Shown one piece after another: positions 1 to 10,413 of a stretch of DNA of 64,000 nt. The position numbers were made by a program, and so were the translations under genes. The stretch spans positions 256,001 through 320,000 of the forward strand of contig JAVJNR010000003.1 in NCBI GenBank assembly GCA_040217195.1. Direction: 5' to 3'. The notes below the pieces were generated by a model. That model was not told where the DNA came from, searched no databases, and was given only the letters and a program-made list of their open reading frames with translations. Each line of letters begins with the position of its first letter. Position 1 is the stretch's first letter. Origin of the DNA: Leptospiraceae bacterium (GTDB lineage: Bacteria > Spirochaetota > Leptospiria > Leptospirales > Leptonemataceae).

Positions 1-2137
1 CATCTTTCAACGATTCCAGGCTTTGCTGGATGTCTTTGCGACCGCCCAGGTCCTCCTGCATCGATTTCAGGCTGGCTGTTACCGAGGAGATCTCAGTCTG
101 TAATTTCTGTAGTTTTTTTCGCTCCGGCTCCAGTATTCCCAGCACAGAGACTTCGCTGGATTGCAGCTGCTTTCGAATGGTTTTCATTTCCTGAATCTTC
201 GATTTCGCTGTCTGAGCCTGATTCAGTCTCTCTGCCAGAGAGTCCACCGCCGCATTCTGTTGCTCAATAAGATCTTTTGCAATCAGATTCAGCTCTTTCA
301 GGGCCCGGGTATCTATGTCACCTGGATTATCCTCAGAATTCGATACTGATAGACGCATCGTCTCGATTAGTTTCTTCGAATCCCTGACCGATGGTTGGCC
401 CGGAGCATCAACGCCGGCCTCGTCATCCACCGGTTTTTTAACGTTAGCCTCGCCGGAGTTATCCAGCCAGATCTCGAATGTATCCAGTTCGCTCATCAGT
501 GCTGCAATTTCCGCTGCCATTGTAGCATCTATGGCGGCCAAATCCGCTCTAGAATGCTCCAGATTGGTCCTGGCAGCTTCCAGTTTCTCCTCTTCGGTAA
601 ATACCTCCTCCTGCAGATGCGCAGGACCAGGATGTTCGGTGGAGCCACAAACTGGACAGGCCTGGCCACTGATCAGGTCCTGGGCCAGGTTGGCAGCCAC
701 AGAAGCGTTTTTTTGAGTCTCCCATTTCCGGTACTCTGCCTCATTTACCAGAAGGTTCTTGTTGGTTCTTTCCTTCTTCTCTGACTGTTCCAGCAGATGA
801 ACCGATTGAGCAGAAATACTCTTTAGATGGTCCAGACCTGCCCGACCGGCAGTTAGCAATTCATAAATTCCGTCGCTTTTGTCCGCGGCTGCATCCAGAT
901 CTTCCAGAGTTTGATCCGTCTGCTCTAGTTGTTCGCGGAGTTTTTTAAGTTCCGACTCATTTTCTTCGATGGATTTTCGATTCTTTTTTTCTTCCTGATC
1001 TAAACTCTCTAATTGATTGCGAACCAATTCCAGGTTCCTTTCCTTGTCTATCAGTGGCTGCAATTGCCCCATTTCTGCCTGAAGGGACTGCCATTTCTTG
1101 CTCAGGGACTTCTTGCGTTCTGCTTCCTTTTCGAGAAAGGATTCATTCTGGAGCAATGAATCCTTTTCATTTTCCAGCTCTACTCTTCGCTTTTCTAATT
1201 CACGAGTCTCCAGGTCCAGTCTATCAATCTCCTGAAGATAGGGAATCAAAGAGTTCGCTTTTTCAGCCAGAGAGATCTGATGTCGCAGCTTCTCCATTTC
1301 TGCGCTGCTGCTGGCTAATCGCCTTTCTTCTGATTCATATTTTTCCTGCTCTTCGAATCGTCCAATCAGTGCATTTTCTTTTTCCTGCTGGCGAACGCTG
1401 GCTTCCAGGTTTGCCCGGGCTCGAATTCTTTCCTTTTCCAGAGTTTCCAGTTCAGTGGAGAGTTCTTCTTCGCGCTCCGCATTTTCCAGACTCAGGGCTT
1501 CTTCCAGTTCTTCCAGCTGAGATTGTGCGGTTTTGATTTTCTGACTTTTTTCCTTTCTTCTTTCTGAAATCCGATCAGTGATGCGAAGATGTTCCTCGGT
1601 GGGAAAAAGCTTTCGCATAATCTCCTGTCTTCCCTTGCTATCCTCTTCCAGGAATTTCTGAAATTCGCCCTGGGGTAAAAGAATGATTTTGGAGAACTCC
1701 TCTCTGGATAGGTGCAGTAGTTCCACAACAAAGCGATTCAAATCTGAGAGTTTAGCTGCTTCAGGGACCGGAACTTCTTTTTTATCCTCTCCTCGTAACT
1801 CAAAAATAGACTGATCCTTCCTTGGATTCAGCTCTCCTTTTCGGTTGCGAGAAAAAGTAAGACTGCGCTGAATTCTATAGACTTTACCTCTAGCCCTGAA
1901 GTCCAGTATGACCCGCGCCGTTCCCTGCTCATCGGAGAAGTTGGATTTGATTCGCAGGGGATCCCTGGTTCCTGGAAGTTCTCCGTAGAGGGCATACACC
2001 ATGCCATCGAACAGGGAAGTTTTTCCACTACCGGTGGGTCCACTGATCAGGAAGATCTCATCCAGTTCTGTGAAATCCACCATCTGGGAATCCAGAAAAG
2101 GACCAAAGTTTTCCAGGACCAACTTTAGCGGTTTCAA
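1..2137 (-). CDS. sbcC: SbcC/Rad50-like SMC-family ATPase, truncated at window start
   Basis: Not in the ORF track. TTG start at 2137 overlaps the sbcD stop (TTGA). Reads MKPLKLVLENFGPF...FLISGPTGSGKTSLFDG (Walker A), then a long coiled coil. Confidence 0.93.
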   Translation of the reverse strand, partial: MKPLKLVLENFGPFLDSQMVDFTELDEIFLISGPTGSGKTSLFDGMVYALYGELPGTRDPLRIKSNFSDEQGTARVILDFRARGKVYRIQRSLTFSRNRKGELNPRKDQSIFELRGEDKKEVPVPEAAKLSDLNRFVVELLHLSREEFSKIILLPQGEFQKFLEEDSKGRQEIMRKLFPTEEHLRITDRISERRKEKSQKIKTAQSQLEELEEALSLENAEREEELSTELETLEKERIRARANLEASVRQQEKENALIGRFEEQEKYESEERRLASSSAEMEKLRHQISLAEKANSLIPYLQEIDRLDLETRELEKRRVELENEKDSLLQNESFLEKEAERKKSLSKKWQSLQAEMGQLQPLIDKERNLELVRNQLESLDQEEKKNRKSIEENESELKKLREQLEQTDQTLEDLDAAADKSDGIYELLTAGRAGLDHLKSISAQSVHLLEQSEKKERTNKNLLVNEAEYRKWETQKNASVAANLAQDLISGQACPVCGSTEHPGPAHLQEEVFTEEEKLEAARTNLEHSRADLAAIDATMAAEIAALMSELDTFEIWLDNSGEANVKKPVDDEAGVDAPGQPSVRDSKKLIETMRLSVSNSEDNPGDIDTRALKELNLIAKDLIEQQNAAVDSLAERLNQAQTAKSKIQEMKTIRKQLQSSEVSVLGILEPERKKLQKLQTEISSVTASLKSMQEDLGGRKDIQQSLESLKD

Positions 2138-3603
2138 TCTGACTCTCCATCGGCTCTATTCTGCTTTTTCCTGGATGCTGGACTGCTGCCTTCGTCCTGT
2201 AGACCTGAAAGTGCTTTTTCGAATAGAGTGAGTTTTTCCGTCTGAAGATCCTTCGGTAGCTCTGCGCCTGCATCTTCAGGGCCCGGCTCATCGCCATACA
2301 GATACTGCTGGAAGGATTGAAAGTCGTCCTGCATGGAATTTCCGGTTCGTTCCGGGAATGGATCATTGTAGATTCGAGACGGATGAAGCTGACGCCGGAT
2401 GGACAGAAGAAATGGAAATCGCTGACTCAAGCCTTTCATAGGACTTCCGGCGATAGTCTCATCTTTCAATTCAATTTCCAGATAATGGTTCTTTACTTCT
2501 TCGAACTTATTGGATTCCAGTAGCTCATCATAGAATCCGGAAATCGTGGAAACCGGTCTCAATGGCTCCAATGGAATCTTCACAATATTTAGATCCACAT
2601 TACCGCCGGATTGGAACTTTGCTTTATCAGGGGATTTCGCATTCTCTGAAATTGTTCTAGAGCTAATTTCCTTCTTCTTGCTTGCTCTGGCAGTCCCCTT
2701 CTTTTTCGATTTTGTGCTTACTTTCTTATTATATTTCTCTGCCGGTTCCATCCCCTCGCCGGCAATAAGAGCGAGCTGTCCATTGGTTTCGGTTGCCTCT
2801 TCTGCGAAGGAATCTGCATTTTCTGAACTTTTCTCTGGCTTCGATTCATCCTCAATTTCTTCTTTCTGGATCTGCACGGATAGAAGGCATTTATCGTCGC
2901 TGGATTCAGAGAAGGAATAGGCAAGAGGGCTTCCACTGTAATGGGCATTTTCCGCCACTTTCTGTGGTCGATGCAGATGCCCCAGAGCTACGTAATCGAA
3001 TTTTTCCAGGATATGAATGTCGATCTCACCGCTGGCTCCTACAAAAGCTCTTTCTGAATCCGAGGTTCTGCCGCCGGTGGCAAATAGATGCGCGATTAAT
3101 ATATTCAGTCTCCGGGGATTCAGCTGGATATTTTCCAGAGCCGCTCGCAAGGCATTTTCATGGGTTCTGGTCTGATACTTCTCTTCCAGTGAAGTAAGAT
3201 CTAGATCGTAGGGAGAAAGAAAAGGAATTCCGTAGATATCTGCTTTGCCAATGCGCACCGGTTTACCCACATCCTCCAGATCTGCCAGGAAATGAATATT
3301 CTGATCCTTTACGATGGTAGATAAATATGACAGTCGGGATGCACTGTCATGATTCCCGGGAATGAGCAATACGGGTATATCAATCTCACTGCGAAAGCGG
3401 GAAAGAAAATCGCTAAGTAGTTGAACCGCCTCTCTGGGAGGCACGCTTCTATCATATATGTCGCCGGCAATAATCAGCGCATGATGAGGATCCCTTTTCA
3501 GGACATCCAGTAGTTGATCTAAAAAGTGCTTCTGGTCTTCAATCAGAGAATGCTCATGCAAAGTCTTCCCCAGATGCCAGTCCGATGTATGCAGTAAACG
3601 CAT
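2134..3603 (-). CDS. sbcD: Exonuclease SbcCD subunit D (Mre11-like)
   Basis: LHTSDWHLG, IAGDIYD, PGNHDS, LGHLH and YSGSPLAYSFSE motifs; directly upstream of sbcC. Confidence 0.96.
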   Translation of the reverse strand: MRLLHTSDWHLGKTLHEHSLIEDQKHFLDQLLDVLKRDPHHALIIAGDIYDRSVPPREAVQLLSDFLSRFRSEIDIPVLLIPGNHDSASRLSYLSTIVKDQNIHFLADLEDVGKPVRIGKADIYGIPFLSPYDLDLTSLEEKYQTRTHENALRAALENIQLNPRRLNILIAHLFATGGRTSDSERAFVGASGEIDIHILEKFDYVALGHLHRPQKVAENAHYSGSPLAYSFSESSDDKCLLSVQIQKEEIEDESKPEKSSENADSFAEEATETNGQLALIAGEGMEPAEKYNKKVSTKSKKKGTARASKKKEISSRTISENAKSPDKAKFQSGGNVDLNIVKIPLEPLRPVSTISGFYDELLESNKFEEVKNHYLEIELKDETIAGSPMKGLSQRFPFLLSIRRQLHPSRIYNDPFPERTGNSMQDDFQSFQQYLYGDEPGPEDAGAELPKDLQTEKLTLFEKALSGLQDEGSSPASRKKQNRADGESD

Positions 3604-3956
3604 GTAACTCTCTCAATCCACAGTATGCATTGCAGTGCCAAGCATTTCGTTTCGAAAGCGGCAATAGAATTGAGCGATAGAGTGCTGCTGTAGCATAGAA
3701 TGAACCATACTAGATTCTTTCACAGGACTGTGACAGCTACAACTGGATGGAAATCAGAAAAATGAAATGTAAGGCAACTCTGGAAGGTGAATAGCCCGGA
3801 ATGGAACTCTACTGGAAAAAAACCGGACTGAATCATTCCCTGCCCGGCACAGGAAATCTTCTGCGCAGGGCCAATCAGCGGGGAAGATCTTCCAGGTTCC
3901 AGCCGACGGAGTCGTACAATACTAACATCAGCTCAGCAATCCGATATTACACAAAT

Positions 3957-4514
3957 TCAGGCAGCGTCCCTACCCTCTGGACCGGATTGCTCGCCTTCCG
4001 TTTCCGGGCTCCATTCGGAGGAAGCTCCATCTTCCAGAAATTCCATGCCCGCTTCATGCCTGAGCGCTTCATCCACTGCTTCGCGCAGTTCATCCTTATT
4101 CGGTTCTGCAAGAAATTCCGCTTCGTATCCACCGCCAGATTTGCGATAGGCTACCAGGGAGTATCCGTCAGCAATGCAATAGATACTACCGATGCATCCA
4201 TCTTCAAAGCCGCTGTACCAGGTTATAACCGGTTCAGCAAATGTAGATTGTAGCATATCCATGAAATCCCGATCGGCCATGGTATGCCATTCCGTGGGAT
4301 CTAGAGTCATTACACGAACGATTTCATTTTCTCGATCGTAGTCAGCCATACCGACCAACTCTTCATCACAATAGAATTCCAGGTCAAACTCCAGCTCATT
4401 GCGATCTTCCGGTCCCGGAACTACCTCCGGATTCTGCTTGCGTAGCTCCTCAGGAATACACAGAGCCAGGCCCGTAGAGCCTTCTTCACTTCTGAGAAAT
4501 CGATCCAGCTTCAT
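3957..4514 (-). CDS. Acidic hypothetical protein, paralogue of 4798-5535
   Basis: GGAGG RBS; shares TL(D/E)PTEWH...DRDF and I.WY.G motifs with the neighbouring ORF. Confidence 0.75.
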   Translation of the reverse strand: MKLDRFLRSEEGSTGLALCIPEELRKQNPEVVPGPEDRNELEFDLEFYCDEELVGMADYDRENEIVRVMTLDPTEWHTMADRDFMDMLQSTFAEPVITWYSGFEDGCIGSIYCIADGYSLVAYRKSGGGYEAEFLAEPNKDELREAVDEALRHEAGMEFLEDGASSEWSPETEGEQSGPEGRDAA

Positions 4515-4797
4515 TTTGCCTCCGGAGCGTCATGATCTTTGCAGGACCCGGCCAGGGCCTCTGGCGCCCATACCAATTACAGCGCCAGGAGCTGCAAAGT
4601 ACAAGGAAAATGTTGGTCATTCAGGTTTTTTTTCCCGTTTCCGGGCCCAAATCGGCCTTACAGTCTCCCTGAGACTAATTCCTGTGTTCTGGCTCTGTGG
4701 CCCACATCTTTTTAGGACATTTTTTTTGCGATGCAGAATTCATCCTGAGCACTGCGGTCCAGAACGGAAGTACCACTCGAATTATCCAGCCCCGATT

Positions 4798-5535
4798 TTA
4801 GAGCGATTCGCCCAGTTCCTGCAGGCCCCCGGGGTAATAGAATTCCATGGTATATCGATTCTCGGATTCCTTGAATATTAGCAGGGAGCTGTCCTCTTCA
4901 TCGCTACGAATCTGTGCCAGAGCTCCCCAGCCATAGCCCAGGTACCAGTTGATTCCAGGGCTTTTTAGTGCCAGAGCGGCCCTTTGTACAAAGTCCCGAT
5001 CCTTTGCAGAATGCCATTCCGTGGGTTCCAGAGTGATTAGAGTGGCCCTTTCCTGCTTCAACTCGTAACAGATCAAACCACGAAACTGACCATCCTCATG
5101 CATCCGAATTTCTGCATTTAGTGGAAGCGGTGGGAATACAGAACCTGACTCCAAATTAAGGGAGAGCAGATCTGTGGCTGATTTCAGGCTGCCATCCATC
5201 GAAAGGTTTGAAGGGTCATTCTCGGAATGGCCCTGTTTTTTTGAGCGGCCAGATGCTCTTTCCTGCCTGGCAGAAAGGTTTTGTTCCGCTCCCGCCAGAG
5301 CGTCCTCTTCTACCGACGCAGATTGATCGAAACTGAACCTGCAACCACCGGCATTACTTTGAAACGTTACCTCCACTTCCTCCGGATAAGAGGATTCATA
5401 ATCCTTCCAGAGGTGCTCGGATTCTTTTTCCTGGTCCCATTCAAGCTCCGGATCCATTTCCAGTATACTGGCTGGAATTATGCTGCAAAGCTCGGTAGAG
5501 GAATAAGGACTTCTCAAAAATTCGGACAATCGCAT
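4798..5535 (-). CDS. Acidic hypothetical protein, paralogue of 3957-4514
   Basis: GGAG RBS; N-terminus MRLSEFLRS vs MKLDRFLRS; shared TLEPTEWH...DRDF block. Confidence 0.75.
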   Translation of the reverse strand: MRLSEFLRSPYSSTELCSIIPASILEMDPELEWDQEKESEHLWKDYESSYPEEVEVTFQSNAGGCRFSFDQSASVEEDALAGAEQNLSARQERASGRSKKQGHSENDPSNLSMDGSLKSATDLLSLNLESGSVFPPLPLNAEIRMHEDGQFRGLICYELKQERATLITLEPTEWHSAKDRDFVQRAALALKSPGINWYLGYGWGALAQIRSDEEDSSLLIFKESENRYTMEFYYPGGLQELGESL

Positions 5536-5650
5536 GGCTATCTCCCGGAAAGGTTAATTCTCTTTCCTTGCTAATGCACATACTACAGGCATACTGTGAC
5601 AACTTTCTGGCCTTGACAGGGAGACAATTGTAAGCATTTCCTCAACCAGA

Positions 5651-6622
5651 ATGTTTGAAACCCTGAATCAGAAATTAAAGTCCTTCCTGAACCCGGCCAA
5701 CAAGAACCCTGTGGCACGACATTTCCGCGAACCGGAATACGTCCAGGACCAGGAAAGCAGAAAAAGCCAGGTGCTATTTCTTAAACTGTTAATGGCAATC
5801 GCCGGATCCGATGGCAAAATCGATCCTCAGGAATACGAACTACTCCAGGACTATGCTTTTAGTAATGCATTGAATGAAACCGAATGGAGAGAGATTCAGT
5901 TCTTCGCACATGCCCGTCTGGATGATACAGAAATGGAATCCATGATTCAATCCCTGGAAAAAGAGGTTCGTTCCAGAGCTCAAAAGGAAGATTTTCTAAA
6001 GGCCATTCAGGAAATGGTGGAAGCCGATCAAATCCTGGCAGACCGGGAAAGAGAAATCATCCAGGGACTGCAATCCAGATTGCAGAATGTAGAAACCAGT
6101 ATTCTGGATAATACAGTAAAATCACTGGGCCGGGCTCTAAAGAGTCAGAGTCCTTCCGCGGTGGATGAAAATGCAAATCTGTATTCTTTGAATCCTGTGG
6201 CTGCCATCCTGAAGCAAGAGATTCCCTATCAGGGATTTAATCATGAAATTATTGGTGCTCGCCTGGGATTAATGCTCGTACTGATCCATTCCGACGATGA
6301 AATCCAGAGCAAAGAGCTAAAAGCCTTCATAGAGCTGACTGCGAAGCAACTGGGTCGATCAGAGTCACAGAGCGAAGATCTGGCCCGTCGTCTTCTGGGT
6401 ATCCCTCCCTCCCATTTTGAGCTCTCGCACCTTGGTCGATTGCTGGTAGAGAATCTAACCGAAGAAGCCCGGCAGGAATGGCTGATTTCACTTTTTCGCA
6501 TGGCCCATGCGGATGGAATCTACCATGAAGAAGAAGACCGACAGATGCGACTGATTTCGCGCTTTCTTCTATTGAATACTCGACAATTCCTGGAAGCTAG
6601 AAAAGTGGTCACCGGAAACTAG
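5651..6622 (+). CDS. TerB-family protein with two TerB-like domains
   Basis: Repeated motifs AIAGSDGKIDPQE, MVEADQILADRE, LIHSDDEIQSKE and MAHADGIYHEEE. Confidence 0.85.
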   Translation: MFETLNQKLKSFLNPANKNPVARHFREPEYVQDQESRKSQVLFLKLLMAIAGSDGKIDPQEYELLQDYAFSNALNETEWREIQFFAHARLDDTEMESMIQSLEKEVRSRAQKEDFLKAIQEMVEADQILADREREIIQGLQSRLQNVETSILDNTVKSLGRALKSQSPSAVDENANLYSLNPVAAILKQEIPYQGFNHEIIGARLGLMLVLIHSDDEIQSKELKAFIELTAKQLGRSESQSEDLARRLLGIPPSHFELSHLGRLLVENLTEEARQEWLISLFRMAHADGIYHEEEDRQMRLISRFLLLNTRQFLEARKVVTGN

Positions 6623-6923
6623 AATTCCATTTTCGTAAGAGGCATTCATTCCGAGTCGCACGCCAGCTTGCATTCTTGCATTTTATCCTGCAGAAGTTAA
6701 GGAGCCCGGGGGCGAAAAAAATTACTAGGGTCGGCATGCGGAACTTCCATAAATTCCTGGTATGGCCTGCCCCTGAAGTCCTTTGATTCCGATCATTCGG
6801 TAGTTGAGGCTGGCCGGGTTTGGTGTCCCTCCCGTCGTAGCAGGCAATAGAAAACCTTTCTGAATTGGCCCGGGAATGCGGTTTCCGTTGGACTGTAGCA
6901 AAGGCCAATGATTTTTCTGGGAT

Positions 6924-7922
6924 ATGCAGAAGACTTTGATCGGCGCTATAGCAAGTCACGATTCCGTTCGCAAGAATGTAGAATTCTCCACCATCCTTCG
7001 ACTATTATACGAAAAGGATCGTGAGCTTCTATCCGAGTTTCACTTTCTCATGACCAGAGGAACGTTTAACCGATGCGTTCTGGGTAAAGATGTGGGAGAT
7101 TTCAAGGAAGCAGGGCAACTTACAGGCCTGGAATCTCCGGTTCGAGAGTTCATGATTGAAAATACGACCATCCTTCCGCGAAACCGGGACGGTGGAGTCA
7201 TACTGCTTTCCAACCTGATGGTCAAGAAGCGCTGCTCCCTTCTATGGACCTTTCTAACTCCTACAACCACTCACTGGATGAATCCGGAGCTTCTGGCTTT
7301 GATTCGACTTTCCGATGTGTGGAGAGCCAAGAGACTGTTGAATTTTGGATCTGTGGAGGAATGGTTTACCAGAGAAGCCCATCGCGATAAGAACCGAAGA
7401 CTGCAGCCCATCCCACCTGAGTTCAAACTTGCAGACGGAACAGTAATGAAAGCGCAACCCTCATCCAACGGCGCCACCAAGATTGAATTTCCCAGGAATT
7501 CTGTATCCTACAGTAGACAGAGCTTTGGCGACAAGACCATCGCTTTAATCGCTCACGATGAAATGAAACCCAGAATGATTGAATTCTGTGTGGATTTCGA
7601 ATTCGAACTGGCCAGATTTAAGAGAATACTTACTACCGGTACCACCGGAAAAAAGATCATGGATTCTACTTCCATGCTCAAGGATCGCATCGTACCACTG
7701 AACTCGGGACCTCTGGGAGGCGACATTGAAATTGCTGTGGAAGTTCTGTTCGATCAATGCGATGTAATTATTTTCTTCGTAGATCCATTGCATCCTCATC
7801 CTCATACAGATGACATTCGGGTGGTCTTTGCAGCAGCCATGCGAACTCCTACAGTTAGAGTACTGGCCAATGAAATGCAGGCCAGGGAATGGATGGATCG
7901 GGTAGTCCGTGAAAGCGATTGA
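6924..7922 (+). CDS. mgsA: Methylglyoxal synthase with an extra degenerate N-terminal MGS-like domain
   Basis: C-terminal half has IALIAHD, TGTTG, SGPLGGD and FFVDPLHPHPHTDD; N-terminal half begins IGAIASHD. Confidence 0.85.
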   Translation: MQKTLIGAIASHDSVRKNVEFSTILRLLYEKDRELLSEFHFLMTRGTFNRCVLGKDVGDFKEAGQLTGLESPVREFMIENTTILPRNRDGGVILLSNLMVKKRCSLLWTFLTPTTTHWMNPELLALIRLSDVWRAKRLLNFGSVEEWFTREAHRDKNRRLQPIPPEFKLADGTVMKAQPSSNGATKIEFPRNSVSYSRQSFGDKTIALIAHDEMKPRMIEFCVDFEFELARFKRILTTGTTGKKIMDSTSMLKDRIVPLNSGPLGGDIEIAVEVLFDQCDVIIFFVDPLHPHPHTDDIRVVFAAAMRTPTVRVLANEMQAREWMDRVVRESD

Positions 7923-8007
7923 TGGCTCCGAGAAAAGTCTACCAGCGACGGTATCTGTAATTCTTCTGCTCTCTGAATTCCTGCAGACTGAACATTGGAG
8001 ATCTTGA

Positions 8008-8880
8008 ATGGAATTTCGCCAGATACGCTACTTTATAGAAATCCACAGACAGGGCTCCTTCGTAAAGGCTGCATCGGCCCTGGGACTCACCCAGCCTGCT
8101 CTTTCCAGGCAGATTGCACTTCTGGAACGGGAATTAAAGCAGCCTCTATTTAATCGATCCTCTCGCAAAATCTCTCTTACCCTGGCAGGCCAGAAATTGC
8201 TCGAACAGGCCGTGGCATTAAACGATCTGTGGCAGGAAACCCTGGAGGCAGTACAGACCAAAAGCCAATCCCTTTCTGGAGACTATAAGATTTCAACAGG
8301 CGGAACTATCGCAGCCTATGTATTGCCCTCGCTACTAAAAGATCTGCGAAAAAGACATCCAGCATTGGCAGTTCAGGTTCTGGAAGGCGATCTTCGTTCA
8401 AGTAAAGAGGCATTACTCTGGGGCGAGGCAGATCTGGGCATTCTAACGGAATCGGAGTATCATCCAGAATTGGATCAACGGGATTTTCTCAAAGATGAGA
8501 TCCTGCCGGTAGTCTCCAGAAAACATCCACTGGCATCGCGAAGCAGACTGAAATGGCAGGATCTATTGAACGAGGAATTTGTATTCTACCATCCCTACTC
8601 GGCCATACGAAAAACCATCGAAGAACATTTGAACAATCAGGGCATACGTTTCCCTTTCCGGGTTACCATGGAATTAAGAAGCGTGGATGCGGTCATTCGC
8701 TCCGTGGAAGCAGGCCTGGGTATTGGATTTATTTCTCGCAGAAGTGTGAACAAATCTTTGTTTGTACTGCCTGTAAAAGAACTGGTTGCTGTGCGAAACT
8801 TCCATCTATCCTGGCGCAGGGGCCGACCTGGCCTTTTACCGGTAGTAGAGACGATCCTGGAATCCGGCCGGAATCTGTAA
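8008..8880 (+). CDS. LysR-family transcriptional regulator
   Basis: HTH GSFVKAASALGLTQPALSRQIALLE followed by a substrate-binding domain. Confidence 0.95.
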   Translation: MEFRQIRYFIEIHRQGSFVKAASALGLTQPALSRQIALLERELKQPLFNRSSRKISLTLAGQKLLEQAVALNDLWQETLEAVQTKSQSLSGDYKISTGGTIAAYVLPSLLKDLRKRHPALAVQVLEGDLRSSKEALLWGEADLGILTESEYHPELDQRDFLKDEILPVVSRKHPLASRSRLKWQDLLNEEFVFYHPYSAIRKTIEEHLNNQGIRFPFRVTMELRSVDAVIRSVEAGLGIGFISRRSVNKSLFVLPVKELVAVRNFHLSWRRGRPGLLPVVETILESGRNL

Positions 8881-9001
8881 GAGACTCATTACATCTGGTT
8901 ATACACTCTATTACCTCTTATTATTTCTCGATATAAGACTTCTGACCTATAATAGATTCAGTCCAAAAAGACTGAATCTGAGTTTAGCAGGAGAACTTTG
9001 T

Positions 9002-10384
9002 ATGGGAAAGAATTTATATGATAAGGTATTCGATGCTCATCTGGTGCAGGAAATAGAGCCAGGTCAATTCCAACTCTTCATGGGATTACATCTAATCCAT
9101 GAAGTGACTTCGCCCCAGGCGTTTTCCATGCTCGAAGAGAATGGATATTCGGTAATGCATCCAGAAAGGACCTTTGCCACGGCAGACCATGTAATTCCCA
9201 CCGGAAGCTCTCAGTTCGCTTCGGAGGAGAATGCACAGATGTTTTCCAGAATTCAAAAAAACACTTCGAATCATGGAATTCGGTTTTTCTCTCCAGAGAA
9301 CCAGGAGCATGGGATTATCCATGTAATTGGACCGGAGTACGGATTAACACAGCCAGGAATGACCGTTTGCTGTGGCGATTCGCATACAAGTACTCATGGA
9401 GCGTTTGGAGCCATAGCATTTGGGATTGGAGCATCCCAGGTCCGAGATGTGCTTGCAAGCCAGACCATGGTTACCGGCCGATTGAAGGTGCGAAAAATTC
9501 AGATCGATGGCGCTCTGTCTGCCGGCGTCTATGCGAAGGATATGGCCTTGCATATAATCAATCGTCTGGGAACCCGGGCCGGCGTAGGTTATGCCTATGA
9601 ATTCGCAGGTACTGCGGTGGAAGCGCTGAGGATGGATGAGCGGATGACATTGTGCAATCTGGCCGTGGAAGCCGGAGCCAGATGCGGATATGTGAATCCA
9701 GATCGGGTAACCTTCGAATTTCTGAAAGGGAAACCTTATTCCCCTGCCCCGGAACACTGGGCCCAGGCCATTCATTACTGGGAATCCATAGCATCCGATC
9801 CTGACGCTCATTTCGACGATGTTGTAGAAATGGACGCTTCAGAAATTCAGCCCATGGTAACCTATGGAATCAATCCAGCGCAATCGGTGGCTGTGGGAGA
9901 GTCCATTCCCGAAAGCGAAGCCGGATTGGAGGAAGCTCTGGAATACATGAAGTTTCGCGCCGGGCAGGCTATGGAAGGCCAGAGAATCAATGTAGCTTTC
10001 ATAGGATCCTGCACCAACGGAAGGTATTCAGACTTCAAGCAGGTTGCCGAACTCCTTTCCACCGGAAATTACCGGGTTGCAGATGGTGTACGCGCTCTGG
10101 TAGTACCTGGATCGGCCGCCATTTACCGAAGGATGCAATCGGAAGGCATGGATAAGATTTTCGAGAATGCAGGATTTTCTTTTCGATCCACCGGATGCTC
10201 CATGTGCCTGGCTATGAATGGAGATCAACTGGAAGGAGATGAAGTTTGCGCCTCTTCTTCCAATCGAAACTTTAAAGGCAGACAGGGCTCGCCCACAGGT
10301 CGTACGCTTTTGATGTCACCCGCCATGGTTGCAGCATCCGCCATTTCTGGAGCCGTGGCAGATCCTCGTAAGGTGTTTGGCTGA
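9002..10384 (+). CDS. leuC: 3-isopropylmalate dehydratase large subunit
   Basis: HEVTSPQAF, CGDSHTSTHGAFGA, FIGSCTNGR, GCSMCLAMN and SSNRNFKGRQG motifs. Confidence 0.95.
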   Translation: MGKNLYDKVFDAHLVQEIEPGQFQLFMGLHLIHEVTSPQAFSMLEENGYSVMHPERTFATADHVIPTGSSQFASEENAQMFSRIQKNTSNHGIRFFSPENQEHGIIHVIGPEYGLTQPGMTVCCGDSHTSTHGAFGAIAFGIGASQVRDVLASQTMVTGRLKVRKIQIDGALSAGVYAKDMALHIINRLGTRAGVGYAYEFAGTAVEALRMDERMTLCNLAVEAGARCGYVNPDRVTFEFLKGKPYSPAPEHWAQAIHYWESIASDPDAHFDDVVEMDASEIQPMVTYGINPAQSVAVGESIPESEAGLEEALEYMKFRAGQAMEGQRINVAFIGSCTNGRYSDFKQVAELLSTGNYRVADGVRALVVPGSAAIYRRMQSEGMDKIFENAGFSFRSTGCSMCLAMNGDQLEGDEVCASSSNRNFKGRQGSPTGRTLLMSPAMVAASAISGAVADPRKVFG

Positions 10385-10413
10385 TGCCAGGAAAAAAGAA
10401 TAAGGAGTTTTAC

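Noticed and set aside
161..2043. Short ORFs listed in the track over this span
   Set aside because: They are antisense or alternative-frame shadows of sbcC.
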